A stretch of DNA of 32,000 bases from Geobacter sulfurreducens PCA (GTDB lineage Bacteria > Desulfobacterota > Desulfuromonadia > Geobacterales > Geobacteraceae). The DNA lies in the NCBI RefSeq assembly GCF_000007985.2, contig NC_002939.5, forward strand, positions 2,340,001 to 2,372,000, read 5' to 3'. The position numbers were made by a program, and so were the translations under genes. The notes under the pieces are model-generated. The model had not been told where the DNA came from, did not search any database, and saw nothing but the letters and a program-made list of their open reading frames with translations. Numbering within the stretch: position 1 is the first letter of the stretch; each line of letters begins with the position of its first letter. Shown here one piece after another: positions 1-8,496 of the stretch.

Positions 1-698
1 CTGAAAGTGGTTTGACCGAAGCTGACGCGTTGGATGCGATTGAGGTAGCCATTGCCAGAACACTGACTCATGCACTCAAGATAAATGTCACTGTCAGGAT
101 CAAGGATCAAATGCAAATTCTCGTTTATGCGCCTAGCGGTGCGCCGACAGCACTTTCTTTCACCGACATAGATAGAAAATTGAGACGGCATGTGCAACAT
201 CAGGTCGAACTGGAACTGCAAATGAGGAAAACCTTGAATGAAGCAGGAAAGTTGAAGGAGCTGAGAGGCTATACGGCTCCGGGCGAGATTACACGCATTT
301 CCGGCAATGGCTCACTGATCGTTACCCTGGAAATTGCAGACCACTATCGGCGGCTGATTCTTTCCGGAATTTGCCCGTTACGTTTTCAGCCCATACACGA
401 GCGCAGCAGCTATCTCTTAGGAACCGTAAAGGAGTTTCATGTAACCAGCGTTGTTCCGGTAATGATTGACCATAGGTCGTCCAGGGTACGGGTGCAGCTA
501 AGCCGCAGCTCGAAGCAATTGCCGCAATTGCTCCTGATGGAGCGCAGCCGCATTTACGGGATTGTATGCCTGAAACGTATCCCCGGGGCCTTCAGTTCAA
601 TCGTGACACCTACAAGAATACCAAAGGACATCATCAACTCAGTAGGGAAGGAACTGCAAGAGCACCTATATGTCTCTGTTCAAGAAGCGCATCATTAA
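1..698 (+). CDS. hypothetical protein, 5' end outside window; C-terminal part resembles the NusA S1/KH1 region
   Basis: The frame is open from base 3 with no upstream stop. The listed start at 12 is TTG, and the stop TAA is at 696-698. By eye it resembles NusA: GEITRISGNGSLIV (S1-like), LSRSSKQLPQLLL, IVCLKRIPGAFSSIV and INSVGKELQEHLYV (KH-like). It overlaps the next gene by 29 nt. Confidence 0.45.
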   Translation, partial: ESGLTEADALDAIEVAIARTLTHALKINVTVRIKDQMQILVYAPSGAPTALSFTDIDRKLRRHVQHQVELELQMRKTLNEAGKLKELRGYTAPGEITRISGNGSLIVTLEIADHYRRLILSGICPLRFQPIHERSSYLLGTVKEFHVTSVVPVMIDHRSSRVRVQLSRSSKQLPQLLLMERSRIYGIVCLKRIPGAFSSIVTPTRIPKDIINSVGKELQEHLYVSVQEAHH

Positions 699-2064
699 TC
701 CGGCCGGTGGCATGACAGACATCGGCAACGGTGTGAATCTGGACCGCCGTACAAAGATCGTTCCTATTGCCATCCCCGATGCAGACAGGAAACGGCACAC
801 TTTTGTCTTCGGAACCACAGGGGTCGGCAAAACCCGTCTGTGTGAAAATCTGATCGAACAGGACATCCGCAAGGGGTATTCGGTGGTCTATTTTGATCCC
901 AAGGGTGACCAGCAGATCTTCACCAAGATTTACGAAGTGGCCAGAGATAGTGATCGCCTTGAAGAATTGATGCTCGTCACTCCCATTTTCCCGGAATACT
1001 CAGCTGTGGTTGATCCCATGGCCTTCTATTTCATGCCGGATGAACTGGTTGGACATATTGTTTCGGGCATCATGGGCGGACGCGAGCCGTTTTACCGGAA
1101 CATCGCCAAGGAGATCACCACTGCCGTAATCTCCGCCTACATTATTCAGTCGAAACGACACGGCAACCTGCCCATCCTGAATATTGATGAAATACGGAAG
1201 CGCATACGCCGGGAGTCACTCGACTCAACCATGAAATCTCTCCGTAGCATCGGTAATGCTGAAGCTGACCTGACAGCTGGCATGATCGAGGACATCCTGA
1301 AATCCCCTATGGAATATTATGCCAAGGTCTCGTCAACGCTACGCACCGCCCTGATGGAACTCTCGTCGGGCAATATTGGCAAGATCATCGGTCAGGCCGA
1401 CTCCAACCGTTTCATAAAGAATCTTGAGTCCGGCAAACCGGTCATCCTGGTAGTCCATACCGGCGCCATGATCACCCGCGAGGCCTCTGCTACCCTCGGC
1501 AAAGTCCTTCTCTCCATGATTCAATCCTTTGTGGGACGGGTGTACCTCTCCAACCGCCAGAAGGTCAATCCTCCGCTCTCCATCTTCATCGATGAGGCGC
1601 AGAGCCTGCTTTACCAAGGCGTGGAGGAGCTGTTCGCCAAAGCTGGATCAGCCGATGTCATGGTAACCGCTTTCGCTCAATCGGTGAACCAGGTCTATGC
1701 CGTCATCGGTGAAGAGTTCGGCAAGAGTATCCTCGACAACACCAACACCAAAATTTTCATGCGCTGCTCCGATGCTGAGACAAGCGATTACGTGGTCAAG
1801 CATTTCGGCGTACAGAATGTGCTGACCGGGATATTCGGCTCGAATCAGGTTACGACCCGTGAGGTCGAACAGGACATTCTGCGGGTTCAGGATGTCTTGA
1901 GCCTGAAGCCGCGGGAATTTTACATGATGACCTACTCGGGACGCTTCAAGGGGACCACTAATGACGCCCATGAACCCAAGATGAAGATCATCTTTCCGGA
2001 AGCGCCGGCGGTTATCACCTCAAAGCTGTCTCAATCTAAGCCTGCAACGCCGCCCTCGCCATGA
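670..2064 (+). CDS. VirD4/TraD/TraG-family coupling-protein-like P-loop ATPase, no N-terminal TM segment
   Basis: ATG at 670. Walker A is FGTTGVGKTRL and Walker B-like is SIFIDEAQSL. The TraG/TraD C-terminal pattern NTNTKIFMRCSDAETSDYVVKHFG is present. No hydrophobic N-terminus is visible. The stop overlaps the next start (ATGA at 2061-2064). Confidence 0.7.
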   Translation: MSLFKKRIINPAGGMTDIGNGVNLDRRTKIVPIAIPDADRKRHTFVFGTTGVGKTRLCENLIEQDIRKGYSVVYFDPKGDQQIFTKIYEVARDSDRLEELMLVTPIFPEYSAVVDPMAFYFMPDELVGHIVSGIMGGREPFYRNIAKEITTAVISAYIIQSKRHGNLPILNIDEIRKRIRRESLDSTMKSLRSIGNAEADLTAGMIEDILKSPMEYYAKVSSTLRTALMELSSGNIGKIIGQADSNRFIKNLESGKPVILVVHTGAMITREASATLGKVLLSMIQSFVGRVYLSNRQKVNPPLSIFIDEAQSLLYQGVEELFAKAGSADVMVTAFAQSVNQVYAVIGEEFGKSILDNTNTKIFMRCSDAETSDYVVKHFGVQNVLTGIFGSNQVTTREVEQDILRVQDVLSLKPREFYMMTYSGRFKGTTNDAHEPKMKIIFPEAPAVITSKLSQSKPATPPSP

Positions 2065-3491
2065 ATGCGACGCTGTTAGGAATATCAGCAACTGTCGGAA
2101 TCGGCTTTGCTATTTATGGGACAAGGAAATGGCTGCCAAAGGAAACTCCTGAACCACAAGAGGAGAAACAGTTTGAGGTGGCCAAGCTGGCCGAGTTGAG
2201 CCACCTCTGGAAAGACCGTGAGGTACAAATAAAAGACGCAGCAAATCTCTGGAGGGAACAGTCCCAGGAGAACAACTCTGCTACGCCTCGCCCATCATTT
2301 ACCCATACAGAAATCGAGCGGTTTTTCAGCGAAATGATCGAACACCGCTCATCAATCAATGGAATCCGCAGAGACCTGATAATCTGGCTGCTCAATCTGC
2401 TCGACAAGGAGGGTGACTGCCCATCCGTTGTCAGGAAACACAAAGACGAGGCTGAACGGATCTATTCGGAGGATTCGTATGCCATGCTTGAGGCAGTTCC
2501 GCTCTACCGCCATACACTGACAGTGGCCCGCAACTTCATTGCCAAGGCTGACCAGGAGGCTTTGCTGGCGGATATTATCCTCATTGCCCTGGCCCATGAC
2601 ATCGGCAAGATCCCCTCGTATCACGACGGCATGTACAGCAGCGGCGACCATCCGATCATTGCCGGGCTCATCCTGAATGGAATACCGGAATTCGTTTCCC
2701 TCCCGAATAAGGAGGATATTCTTCGTGCCGTGACCGGTCACCATCTGATGAAGAGCGACAACATCCTGACGGATGGTCTCAAACAGAGCGATCATGAGGC
2801 ACGCCAGTCCGAACTGTCAGCACTTTATTTGAAGATGCGGGAGCAAAAGAACAGACGCACTGAAAACGGCGTTGACACGCAGTTCGCCGCGGAAGAAATG
2901 GAACCCACGTTCGCCAGACCAGCAACAACAGAACTTCCATCGGCAGAACGGGCAGACCCGCTCGGATTTGCTCTCGCCAAGGAGAAGTACACACCACAGC
3001 TGATAAATATCCCGGAATGCATTGATCCCGATGCAGTAATCGAGTCGCTGAAAAACAGGATAAATGTGGTTGAGTCCACCCCAAAAGGTGATCAGTGGTC
3101 TGTGGTTTCCATGCCCAACGGAGTGATCTATGTCAACCCCGATGCACTCTGGGAAACCATCAAGGAAGTCAGCAATTATGATCCCTTGGTTTATGCCTCG
3201 GAAGGCTTCGAGGCGGAGAAACGGAATCTGATGCACTCCGTTATCACGGAGTTGGCCAGAACCAAGCAGGCCCTGGCAACCGAATACGTGGCGGACGGGT
3301 ACTACACATCGAAGGTTTCCATCATTACCGGAGGAGGCAAACGACTATCCCATCTACTGATTCCCCTCACTGCTCAGTCGTTCGGCGTAACAGCGTCTGA
3401 ACTGGAAGAACAGAAATCAGCGCAACTGAAGAGAATGGTTAAAGATATCAAGCATAAGAACAAGGAGGTGGAACAATGCGTTGGCCGTTGA
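2061..3491 (+). CDS. membrane-anchored HD-superfamily (HDIG-type) phosphohydrolase domain protein
   Basis: ATGA overlap with the upstream gene. N-terminal hydrophobic segment LLGISATVGIGFAIYG. HD signature LIALAHDIGKIP, followed by GDHPIIAG and TGHHL. Confidence 0.7.
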   Translation: MNATLLGISATVGIGFAIYGTRKWLPKETPEPQEEKQFEVAKLAELSHLWKDREVQIKDAANLWREQSQENNSATPRPSFTHTEIERFFSEMIEHRSSINGIRRDLIIWLLNLLDKEGDCPSVVRKHKDEAERIYSEDSYAMLEAVPLYRHTLTVARNFIAKADQEALLADIILIALAHDIGKIPSYHDGMYSSGDHPIIAGLILNGIPEFVSLPNKEDILRAVTGHHLMKSDNILTDGLKQSDHEARQSELSALYLKMREQKNRRTENGVDTQFAAEEMEPTFARPATTELPSAERADPLGFALAKEKYTPQLINIPECIDPDAVIESLKNRINVVESTPKGDQWSVVSMPNGVIYVNPDALWETIKEVSNYDPLVYASEGFEAEKRNLMHSVITELARTKQALATEYVADGYYTSKVSIITGGGKRLSHLLIPLTAQSFGVTASELEEQKSAQLKRMVKDIKHKNKEVEQCVGR

Positions 3492-4315
3492 TGGCTGCGG
3501 CAATGCTCTCGCTGTCAGTATCCGCCTCTGCAAGCTACTACACCGATTCTGCCACTGGATGGTGGTGGTACCAGAAGGAACCGGAGAAGCAGGCCGAGAA
3601 GCCCGCCAGAAAGAAGAAGCCGGCAAAGCCCGTCCCGTCCCTCAAGGACTACACCTATGAGCAGATCTGGGAGATGCATCCCGACCAGTTTCAGGAATTC
3701 GCCGAGGCGTTGAAGAAGAAGGCGGTCCAGAAGCCGAGCGAAGAGAATGTGAAGGAGTATTTCGAGGTACAGGAGATAGCCCGCAAGAAGGCGCTCGCCT
3801 TTTCCAACGTGGCCCAGTTTGTCTGGCAGAAATACCCGGAGCTGACCACGAAAAAGGACTACCCAATCACCACCCCCGGCAACCTGGCCCGGATCTCACA
3901 GATCAACGAGGAACGGCAGCGCGTGTTGCGGGACAACCGGGACGACTTCGCTCTGGTCTACTTCCAGCGGCCCGACTGCAGCTACTGTGATGAGCAATCC
4001 CGCATTCTCGACTGGTTCACCAACGAAACGGGCTGGACCGTGAAGAAGGTCAACATCAGTGAGAACACGGGACTTGCCGCCAAATTCAGCGTGGAGATCA
4101 CCCCGACCCTGATCCTGATCCAGAAAGGGAATCAGGATTACCTGCCGGTTTCAGCCGGGGTCATCTCGGCCGACGAAATCGAGGACAAGGCGTACCGGGC
4201 AGTGCGTCTGCTGAGGGGGGACATCTCCCCGGAGGAGTATTCGCTCTATGAATTCCAGAAGGGAGGCGGCTTCGATGTGAAGAAGCGCCGCCTCCAAGAC
4301 AAGAATCAGCCGTGA
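3476..4315 (+). CDS. traF: F-type conjugal transfer protein TraF/TrbB-like, thioredoxin fold with CxxC
   Basis: RBS AAGGAGG lies just upstream of the ATG at 3476. Signal peptide MRWPLMAAAMLSLSVSASA and a GWWWYQ motif are present. The C-terminal thioredoxin-like half carries FQRPDCSYCDEQ. Confidence 0.7.
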   Translation: MRWPLMAAAMLSLSVSASASYYTDSATGWWWYQKEPEKQAEKPARKKKPAKPVPSLKDYTYEQIWEMHPDQFQEFAEALKKKAVQKPSEENVKEYFEVQEIARKKALAFSNVAQFVWQKYPELTTKKDYPITTPGNLARISQINEERQRVLRDNRDDFALVYFQRPDCSYCDEQSRILDWFTNETGWTVKKVNISENTGLAAKFSVEITPTLILIQKGNQDYLPVSAGVISADEIEDKAYRAVRLLRGDISPEEYSLYEFQKGGGFDVKKRRLQDKNQP

Positions 4316-4352
4316 GGTCCCGGTCCAACAGCTACAGAGAAGAGGTGCCCGT

Positions 4353-5837
4353 GTGAAACGAACCGTATGTACCAGAACTACCGCCGCCTGCCTGGCGGCA
4401 GCGATAGCATTGAACCCGGTCCTGTCCTGGTCCGGCTGGGTCGATGACTGGGTGCAGCAGAAAAGCTCCACCTCGCCCAGTTATTACGAAGGGTCAAAGC
4501 GTGGCTACTATACCGGGGGGAGCTTTTCGGCCAGGTGGGCGAACACCGACGACCACCTGTTCACTGCCTCGCTCCCGAAGCTGAAATCCGGCTGCGGCGG
4601 CATTGACATGTTCCTCGGCGGTTTCTCGTTCTTGAACGTGGACTACCTGGTGCAGAAGCTCCAGAACATTCTGTCGGCAGCACCGGCAGCGGCCTTTGAC
4701 ATCGCCCTTAAGACCCTGGCGCCCCAGGTGGCCGACACCATCAAAACCCTCGAAGCCATCACCGACCGGCTTAATTCGCTGCAGCTGAACGACTGCAAGG
4801 CGGCCAAGGCGCTGGTGGCGACCTCTGCCAGTCCGTTTTCGTCGGTCATGTCGGACAGCCTGAAGGCGGAGATGAAGACAGCCCAGACCGACTTCATGGT
4901 ATCAAGCGGCGCCAAGGATCTCTACCAGGATGTCAGCAAGCTGTTCGAGAGCGAGCAGAAGGCCAACGCCGGCAACAAACCTGGAGTTCCCGGCACTACC
5001 CAGACCTCGGCCACCAGTGCCACCGCCGGTTGCCCGGCCGAAGTCCTGCAGATATTCGGAGACGGTTCGGTTCTGGAAAACCTGGCCAGCAAGAAAGGGA
5101 TGAATAGTGATTACGTCAAACTGGTGCGCGGCTTCATCGGCGATGTAGTGATCCAGAGCCCTGCGACGACCGGCACCACCTACCAGGCCCAGTACGTTCC
5201 CCCGTGCGACAAGAACAACAGCTTCGATTCCTTCATCAGCGGCTCCGCTCAGGGGCGTGATACCGCCGGGGCCTGTGCCGACATCACCGACGCCAACAAG
5301 AACCTGATGGTCTATGTGGCCGGCAAGATGCAGTCCATCGCCGGAAAGATCAAATCAAAGACTGCTCTCACCGCCGATGAGGAAGCGTTCCTCAAGAGCA
5401 CGCCGCTGTCGGTCGGGCTGATCCTCAAGAACGCCACGGCCACCAATACTGAAAGCGAAGTCATCGGCAAGCTTGCTGAACTGACTGCTCGGGCCTACGG
5501 CTATTACATGCTGCTCGACCTGTTCGGGCGGGCGGTGCAGTTGCAAGAGATGGCCCGGAACATCATGTCCACCCAGAAGGGGAACAAGTCCGGCGCCTCT
5601 CCGGAGACCTGCCAACTGGCGCTCCTTGGTGAAGGGATGCAGCACATTCAGACTCTGGAGGAAAAGACGCTGCAACTACTCACTGTGGCCCAGCAGAGTT
5701 ACGCAAATGCGGCATCGGAAATCAATGCGGTGGAGATGATCGTCCAGAACATGAAGAAGTTCGACGATACGGTATTTTCGGAATTATCGGATCGCTTCGG
5801 CAAAGGGATTGCCCTGCGGGCAACCGGCAGAATCTAA
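4353..5837 (+). CDS. traH: F-type conjugal transfer protein TraH
   Basis: GTG start preceded by GAGAAGAGG. N-terminal signal-like segment. The SGCGGIDMFLGGFSFLN motif and the roughly 490-aa size are characteristic of TraH. Confidence 0.75.
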   Translation: MKRTVCTRTTAACLAAAIALNPVLSWSGWVDDWVQQKSSTSPSYYEGSKRGYYTGGSFSARWANTDDHLFTASLPKLKSGCGGIDMFLGGFSFLNVDYLVQKLQNILSAAPAAAFDIALKTLAPQVADTIKTLEAITDRLNSLQLNDCKAAKALVATSASPFSSVMSDSLKAEMKTAQTDFMVSSGAKDLYQDVSKLFESEQKANAGNKPGVPGTTQTSATSATAGCPAEVLQIFGDGSVLENLASKKGMNSDYVKLVRGFIGDVVIQSPATTGTTYQAQYVPPCDKNNSFDSFISGSAQGRDTAGACADITDANKNLMVYVAGKMQSIAGKIKSKTALTADEEAFLKSTPLSVGLILKNATATNTESEVIGKLAELTARAYGYYMLLDLFGRAVQLQEMARNIMSTQKGNKSGASPETCQLALLGEGMQHIQTLEEKTLQLLTVAQQSYANAASEINAVEMIVQNMKKFDDTVFSELSDRFGKGIALRATGRI

Positions 5838-5860
5838 CGTCAGAACACAGGGGAGGAATC

Positions 5861-6122
5861 ATGGCAGACAACAAACAGGAATCAAGCGGCAAAAAACCAT
5901 CGGGAAAGCAGTCCTGGCAGGATCGTAAGCTGAAAAAGGTAGTCCGGGATGACATCGATGTCATCTCCCGGAAGACCTTGGATCAAAGCGACTTCATCAC
6001 CATGCTCAACACCCACGACAACGTACTTCACCGATTACGCATGACCATGGGCCGCAACAAGAACATCACGTTTGAAAAGGCGCAGGAGTTTATAGAGAGG
6101 AGCCAGAAGATTCGTGAAGAAA
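5861..6122 (+). pseudogene. 5' fragment of a small (reconstructed 134 aa) hypothetical gene split by an IS insertion
   Basis: ATG at 5861 with a GGAGG RBS. The frame runs into the IS at 6123 and terminates at 6157 on IS-derived sequence. The original frame resumes after the IS (KIREEI | NLLNAEM...). Confidence 0.8.
6109..6122. repeat. 14-bp target-site duplication, left copy (GATTCGTGAAGAAA)
   Basis: The exact 14-mer recurs at 7474-7487, immediately after the IS right end. Confidence 0.9.
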
Positions 6123-6187
6123 TATGGCGGCCCCGGTTTTCTTGGACACGAAAATGAGGTAAATCTAGGTGTTCAAGGAGGTCGTCA

Positions 6188-6550
6188 ATGGAAAAGGATG
6201 TCAGTGTCTCCGGTGCGGCGGAAGGAGAGCGTAGCTCGACTGGAGCAGCACCGGAAGTCAAACGTTGGAGCGCCAACCGCAAAAAGGAGGTTGTCCTGCG
6301 GTTGATGCGCGGTGAACCAATCGATGCCTTGTCCCGTGAGTTGGGCATCGAAATCTATCGCCTGGAAGAGTGGCATCAGAAAGCACTCCAGGGGATAGAA
6401 TCTGCTCTCAAGGCTCGTGAAGGTGATCCGTTGGCAGCGGAACTCGATGCAGCCTTCAAGCGCATCGGTGAGATCACCATGGAAAACGAGCTACTGCGGG
6501 AGAAAGCGAGGCGTGCCCACCCTTTGGCCCAGAGGAGATCGAAGAAATGA
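6188..6550 (+). CDS. IS3-like transposase OrfA (HTH plus coiled coil)
   Basis: RBS AGGAGG upstream. HTH-like EVVLRLMRGEPIDALSRELGIEIYRLEEW is followed by a heptad-like region. The stop overlaps the orfB ATG (ATGA at 6547-6550). Confidence 0.85.
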   Translation: MEKDVSVSGAAEGERSSTGAAPEVKRWSANRKKEVVLRLMRGEPIDALSRELGIEIYRLEEWHQKALQGIESALKAREGDPLAAELDAAFKRIGEITMENELLREKARRAHPLAQRRSKK

Positions 6551-7437
6551 GTGCTACGATCTCCCCTGCCACCGGTAAAGCCTATGGCGTTCAGCGCGTC
6601 TGCCTTGCCTGGGGAGTGCCCCGCTCGTCGTTCTATAGCCGTGCAGGCAGAAAAACATTGCCTGCTGTACTGCTCAAGCGTGGTCCAAAAACACCGCTCT
6701 CTGACGACGAGGTACTTTCTCTCATCCGGACCGACCTGGAGACATCCCCCTTTGTCGGCGAAGGGCACCGTAAGGTCTGGGGACGACTACGCTTCGTCAA
6801 AGGGATAAAAGTCGGCCGCAAACGAGTGTTGCGTCTCATGCGGGAGAACAATCTGCTCTCCCCTCACCGGGTTGTTCAGGGACAGCCCAAGGACCACGCC
6901 GGCAAGATCATCACGGCGGCCCCCAACGTCATGTGGGGTACCGATGGCACCAAGATCTTCACCCTGGAAGAAGGGTGGTGCTGGTTGTTTACCGCCGTCG
7001 AGCATTGGAATGCCGAGTGCGTCGGTTGGCATGTGACCAAGAATGGCGACCGGTTTGCCGCATTGCAGCCGCTCGCCATGGGAATCAAGGCCCGTTTCGG
7101 CTCGGTCGGTGCCGCTGCTGCTCGAGGGTTGGCACTGAGGATGGATCACGGCAGCCAATACCTCTCAGAGCATTTCCAGAATCAGATCAAGTTCTGGGGA
7201 ATTGCCCCAAGTTTCTCATTTGTTGCCGAACCGCAGACCAACGGGGTGACGGAACGGTTTAATCGGACTATCAAAGAGCAGGTCATCTATGGCCGCCATT
7301 ACCGCACAATCGAAGAAGTAAGGATGGCAGTAGCTGACTTCATGGATCGTTACAACCGGCTGTGGCTGGTTGAAAAGCTCGGGTTCAGAAGCCCACGACA
7401 GGCTTTCGAGGAGTATCAACTCAAGAAGGCTGCGTGA
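6547..7437 (+). CDS. IS3-like transposase OrfB (integrase core, DDE)
   Basis: It lies in the -1 frame relative to orfA. Candidate catalytic residues are in WGTDGT, MDHGSQY and PQTNGVTERFNRTIKEQ. Confidence 0.85.
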   Translation: MSATISPATGKAYGVQRVCLAWGVPRSSFYSRAGRKTLPAVLLKRGPKTPLSDDEVLSLIRTDLETSPFVGEGHRKVWGRLRFVKGIKVGRKRVLRLMRENNLLSPHRVVQGQPKDHAGKIITAAPNVMWGTDGTKIFTLEEGWCWLFTAVEHWNAECVGWHVTKNGDRFAALQPLAMGIKARFGSVGAAAARGLALRMDHGSQYLSEHFQNQIKFWGIAPSFSFVAEPQTNGVTERFNRTIKEQVIYGRHYRTIEEVRMAVADFMDRYNRLWLVEKLGFRSPRQAFEEYQLKKAA

Positions 7438-7473
7438 CTCTTATCTTGTGTCCAGGGTACCGGGCGCGCTACA

Positions 7474-7487
7474 GATTCGTGAAGAAA
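7474..7487. repeat. 14-bp target-site duplication, right copy (GATTCGTGAAGAAA)
   Basis: Identical to 6109-6122. Confidence 0.9.
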
Positions 7488-7636
7488 TCAACCTGCTGAA
7501 TGCCGAGATGTGCGAGCTGATGGAGTGGGATTACACACCGCCACGGGGCTTTACCAACCCACTTGCGAAAAATGGCGCAGAAGAGGAAAAACGGGGGGGG
7601 AAGAAGGCGATGTCAACAGCTGCAGCTCACTCGTAA
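7474..7636 (+). pseudogene. 3' fragment of the IS-split small hypothetical gene
   Basis: Reading IREEINLLNAEMCELMEWDYTPPRGF...AAAHS to the stop at 7634-7636 continues the 5861 frame once the IS and one duplication copy are removed. Confidence 0.8.
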
Positions 7637-7658
7637 TTTTCAATGTCAGCAGAGACTG

Positions 7659-7689
7659 CGTGAGAGGGAACACGGGGTCCCCTCTCACG
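7659..7689. terminator. stem-loop between convergent genes, probable bidirectional intrinsic terminator
   Basis: CGTGAGAGGG (7659-7668) pairs with CCCTCTCACG (7680-7689). It is followed by TCTTTACTCTT on the plus strand. It sits between the plus-strand gene end (7636) and the minus-strand gene end (7703). Confidence 0.6.
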
Positions 7690-7702
7690 TCTTTACTCTT
7701 AA

Positions 7703-8011
7703 CTACAGACAGTTACATGGTTCAAGATTCATGCTCGCAGCAACTGAACTTATCTTCGCTTTTATTTCCTTTATATCCCCTTCCAGTTCATCGACTCGCC
7801 TCATATCAATACCGTCATGGGCATAGAGCCCACGTAATTCCAGATCTTTAGCTTTAAGCTGTTCCCTTAAATCAACTGTATGTTGCCTGAATTTATTCAA
7901 CGTATCAGCACTGATAGCCTTCACGCCTACCTGGCCGGTTTCGGCAAATGCAACACCACCAAAAGCCAAAATTGCTGCAACTAGCAGTAATGCCATAATT
8001 TTATTCTTCAT
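7703..8011 (-). CDS. periplasmic Spy/CpxP/ZraP-like small protein (heavy-metal-resistance family), C-terminal CNC motif
   Basis: AAGGAG RBS and ATG at 8011. Signal peptide ...AFGGVAFA. Helical body FRQHTVDLREQLKAKDLELRGLY...ELEGDIKEIKAKI. Ends in EPCNCL. It parallels the 20699-21091 protein. Confidence 0.55.
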   Translation of the reverse strand: MKNKIMALLLVAAILAFGGVAFAETGQVGVKAISADTLNKFRQHTVDLREQLKAKDLELRGLYAHDGIDMRRVDELEGDIKEIKAKISSVAASMNLEPCNCL

Positions 8012-8063
8012 CGTATTCTCCTTGAAAGTAGTGATAATTTGGATTTCATTGAACTAAACGATT

Positions 8064-8411
8064 TCAAGAATGTAGAAACCCACTTTTTAGTCTCGGAGGA
8101 TGAAAAATCTCGTTCACATACGGGTCTGGAATCGACTGCGCAAAATCCGGGAATTCAAATTCAACTATTTGGAAGGTGGTCTGTATTTCAACCGGTTGAA
8201 CAGTGTCGGCAACAGCGCACACACAAAAATGGCAGACAGGTGTGGTGCAAGGGAGCGGACAGCTCTGCGCCCTGTCTGGGATGCAATGATTATTGCTGAC
8301 CACTCCAATCGCTGGCGGAGACTCGGCGGTTGCCATGAGAGTAACACCTGAAAACATCGTCACAAACGATAGAAGCAGTACATAGATTGTCAGAAGTAGA
8401 AGAGTCCGCAT
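8064..8411 (-). CDS. small exported Cys-rich protein, paralog of 15994-16359
   Basis: Hydrophobic N-terminus. Cys cluster CPLPC...CHFCVC, then DPYVNEIFHPPR near the C-terminus. The same layout occurs in the gene upstream of the OMF gene. No clear RBS, so the start is uncertain. Confidence 0.5.
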   Translation of the reverse strand: MRTLLLLTIYVLLLSFVTMFSGVTLMATAESPPAIGVVSNNHCIPDRAQSCPLPCTTPVCHFCVCAVADTVQPVEIQTTFQIVEFEFPDFAQSIPDPYVNEIFHPPRLKSGFLHS

Positions 8412-8496
8412 TTAATACCCGAAAGGTCTTTGACATCAACTGAACAATCTCTTACAGTAAGTGACTTGTTCAGTACAGCTCGTCAGTTGTCAGTCC

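Larger units (their letters stand above)
6123..7473 (+). mobile_element. IS3-like insertion sequence, copy 1 (1351 bp; rve-type DDE transposase, orfA/orfB)
   Basis: Imperfect terminal inverted repeats: TATGGCGGCCCCGGTTTTCTTGGACAC at the left, TGTAGCGCGCCCGGTACCCTGGACAC as the reverse complement of the right end. The boundaries are defined by where the two copies stop matching. Flanked by a 14-bp direct duplication. Confidence 0.9.

Noticed and set aside
6530-6550. A programmed -1 frameshift site between IS orfA and orfB.
   Set aside because: orfB is in the -1 frame, but I found no A6G-type slippery heptamer near the overlap. The ATGA overlap with an independent ATG is the simpler reading, and the question is left open.
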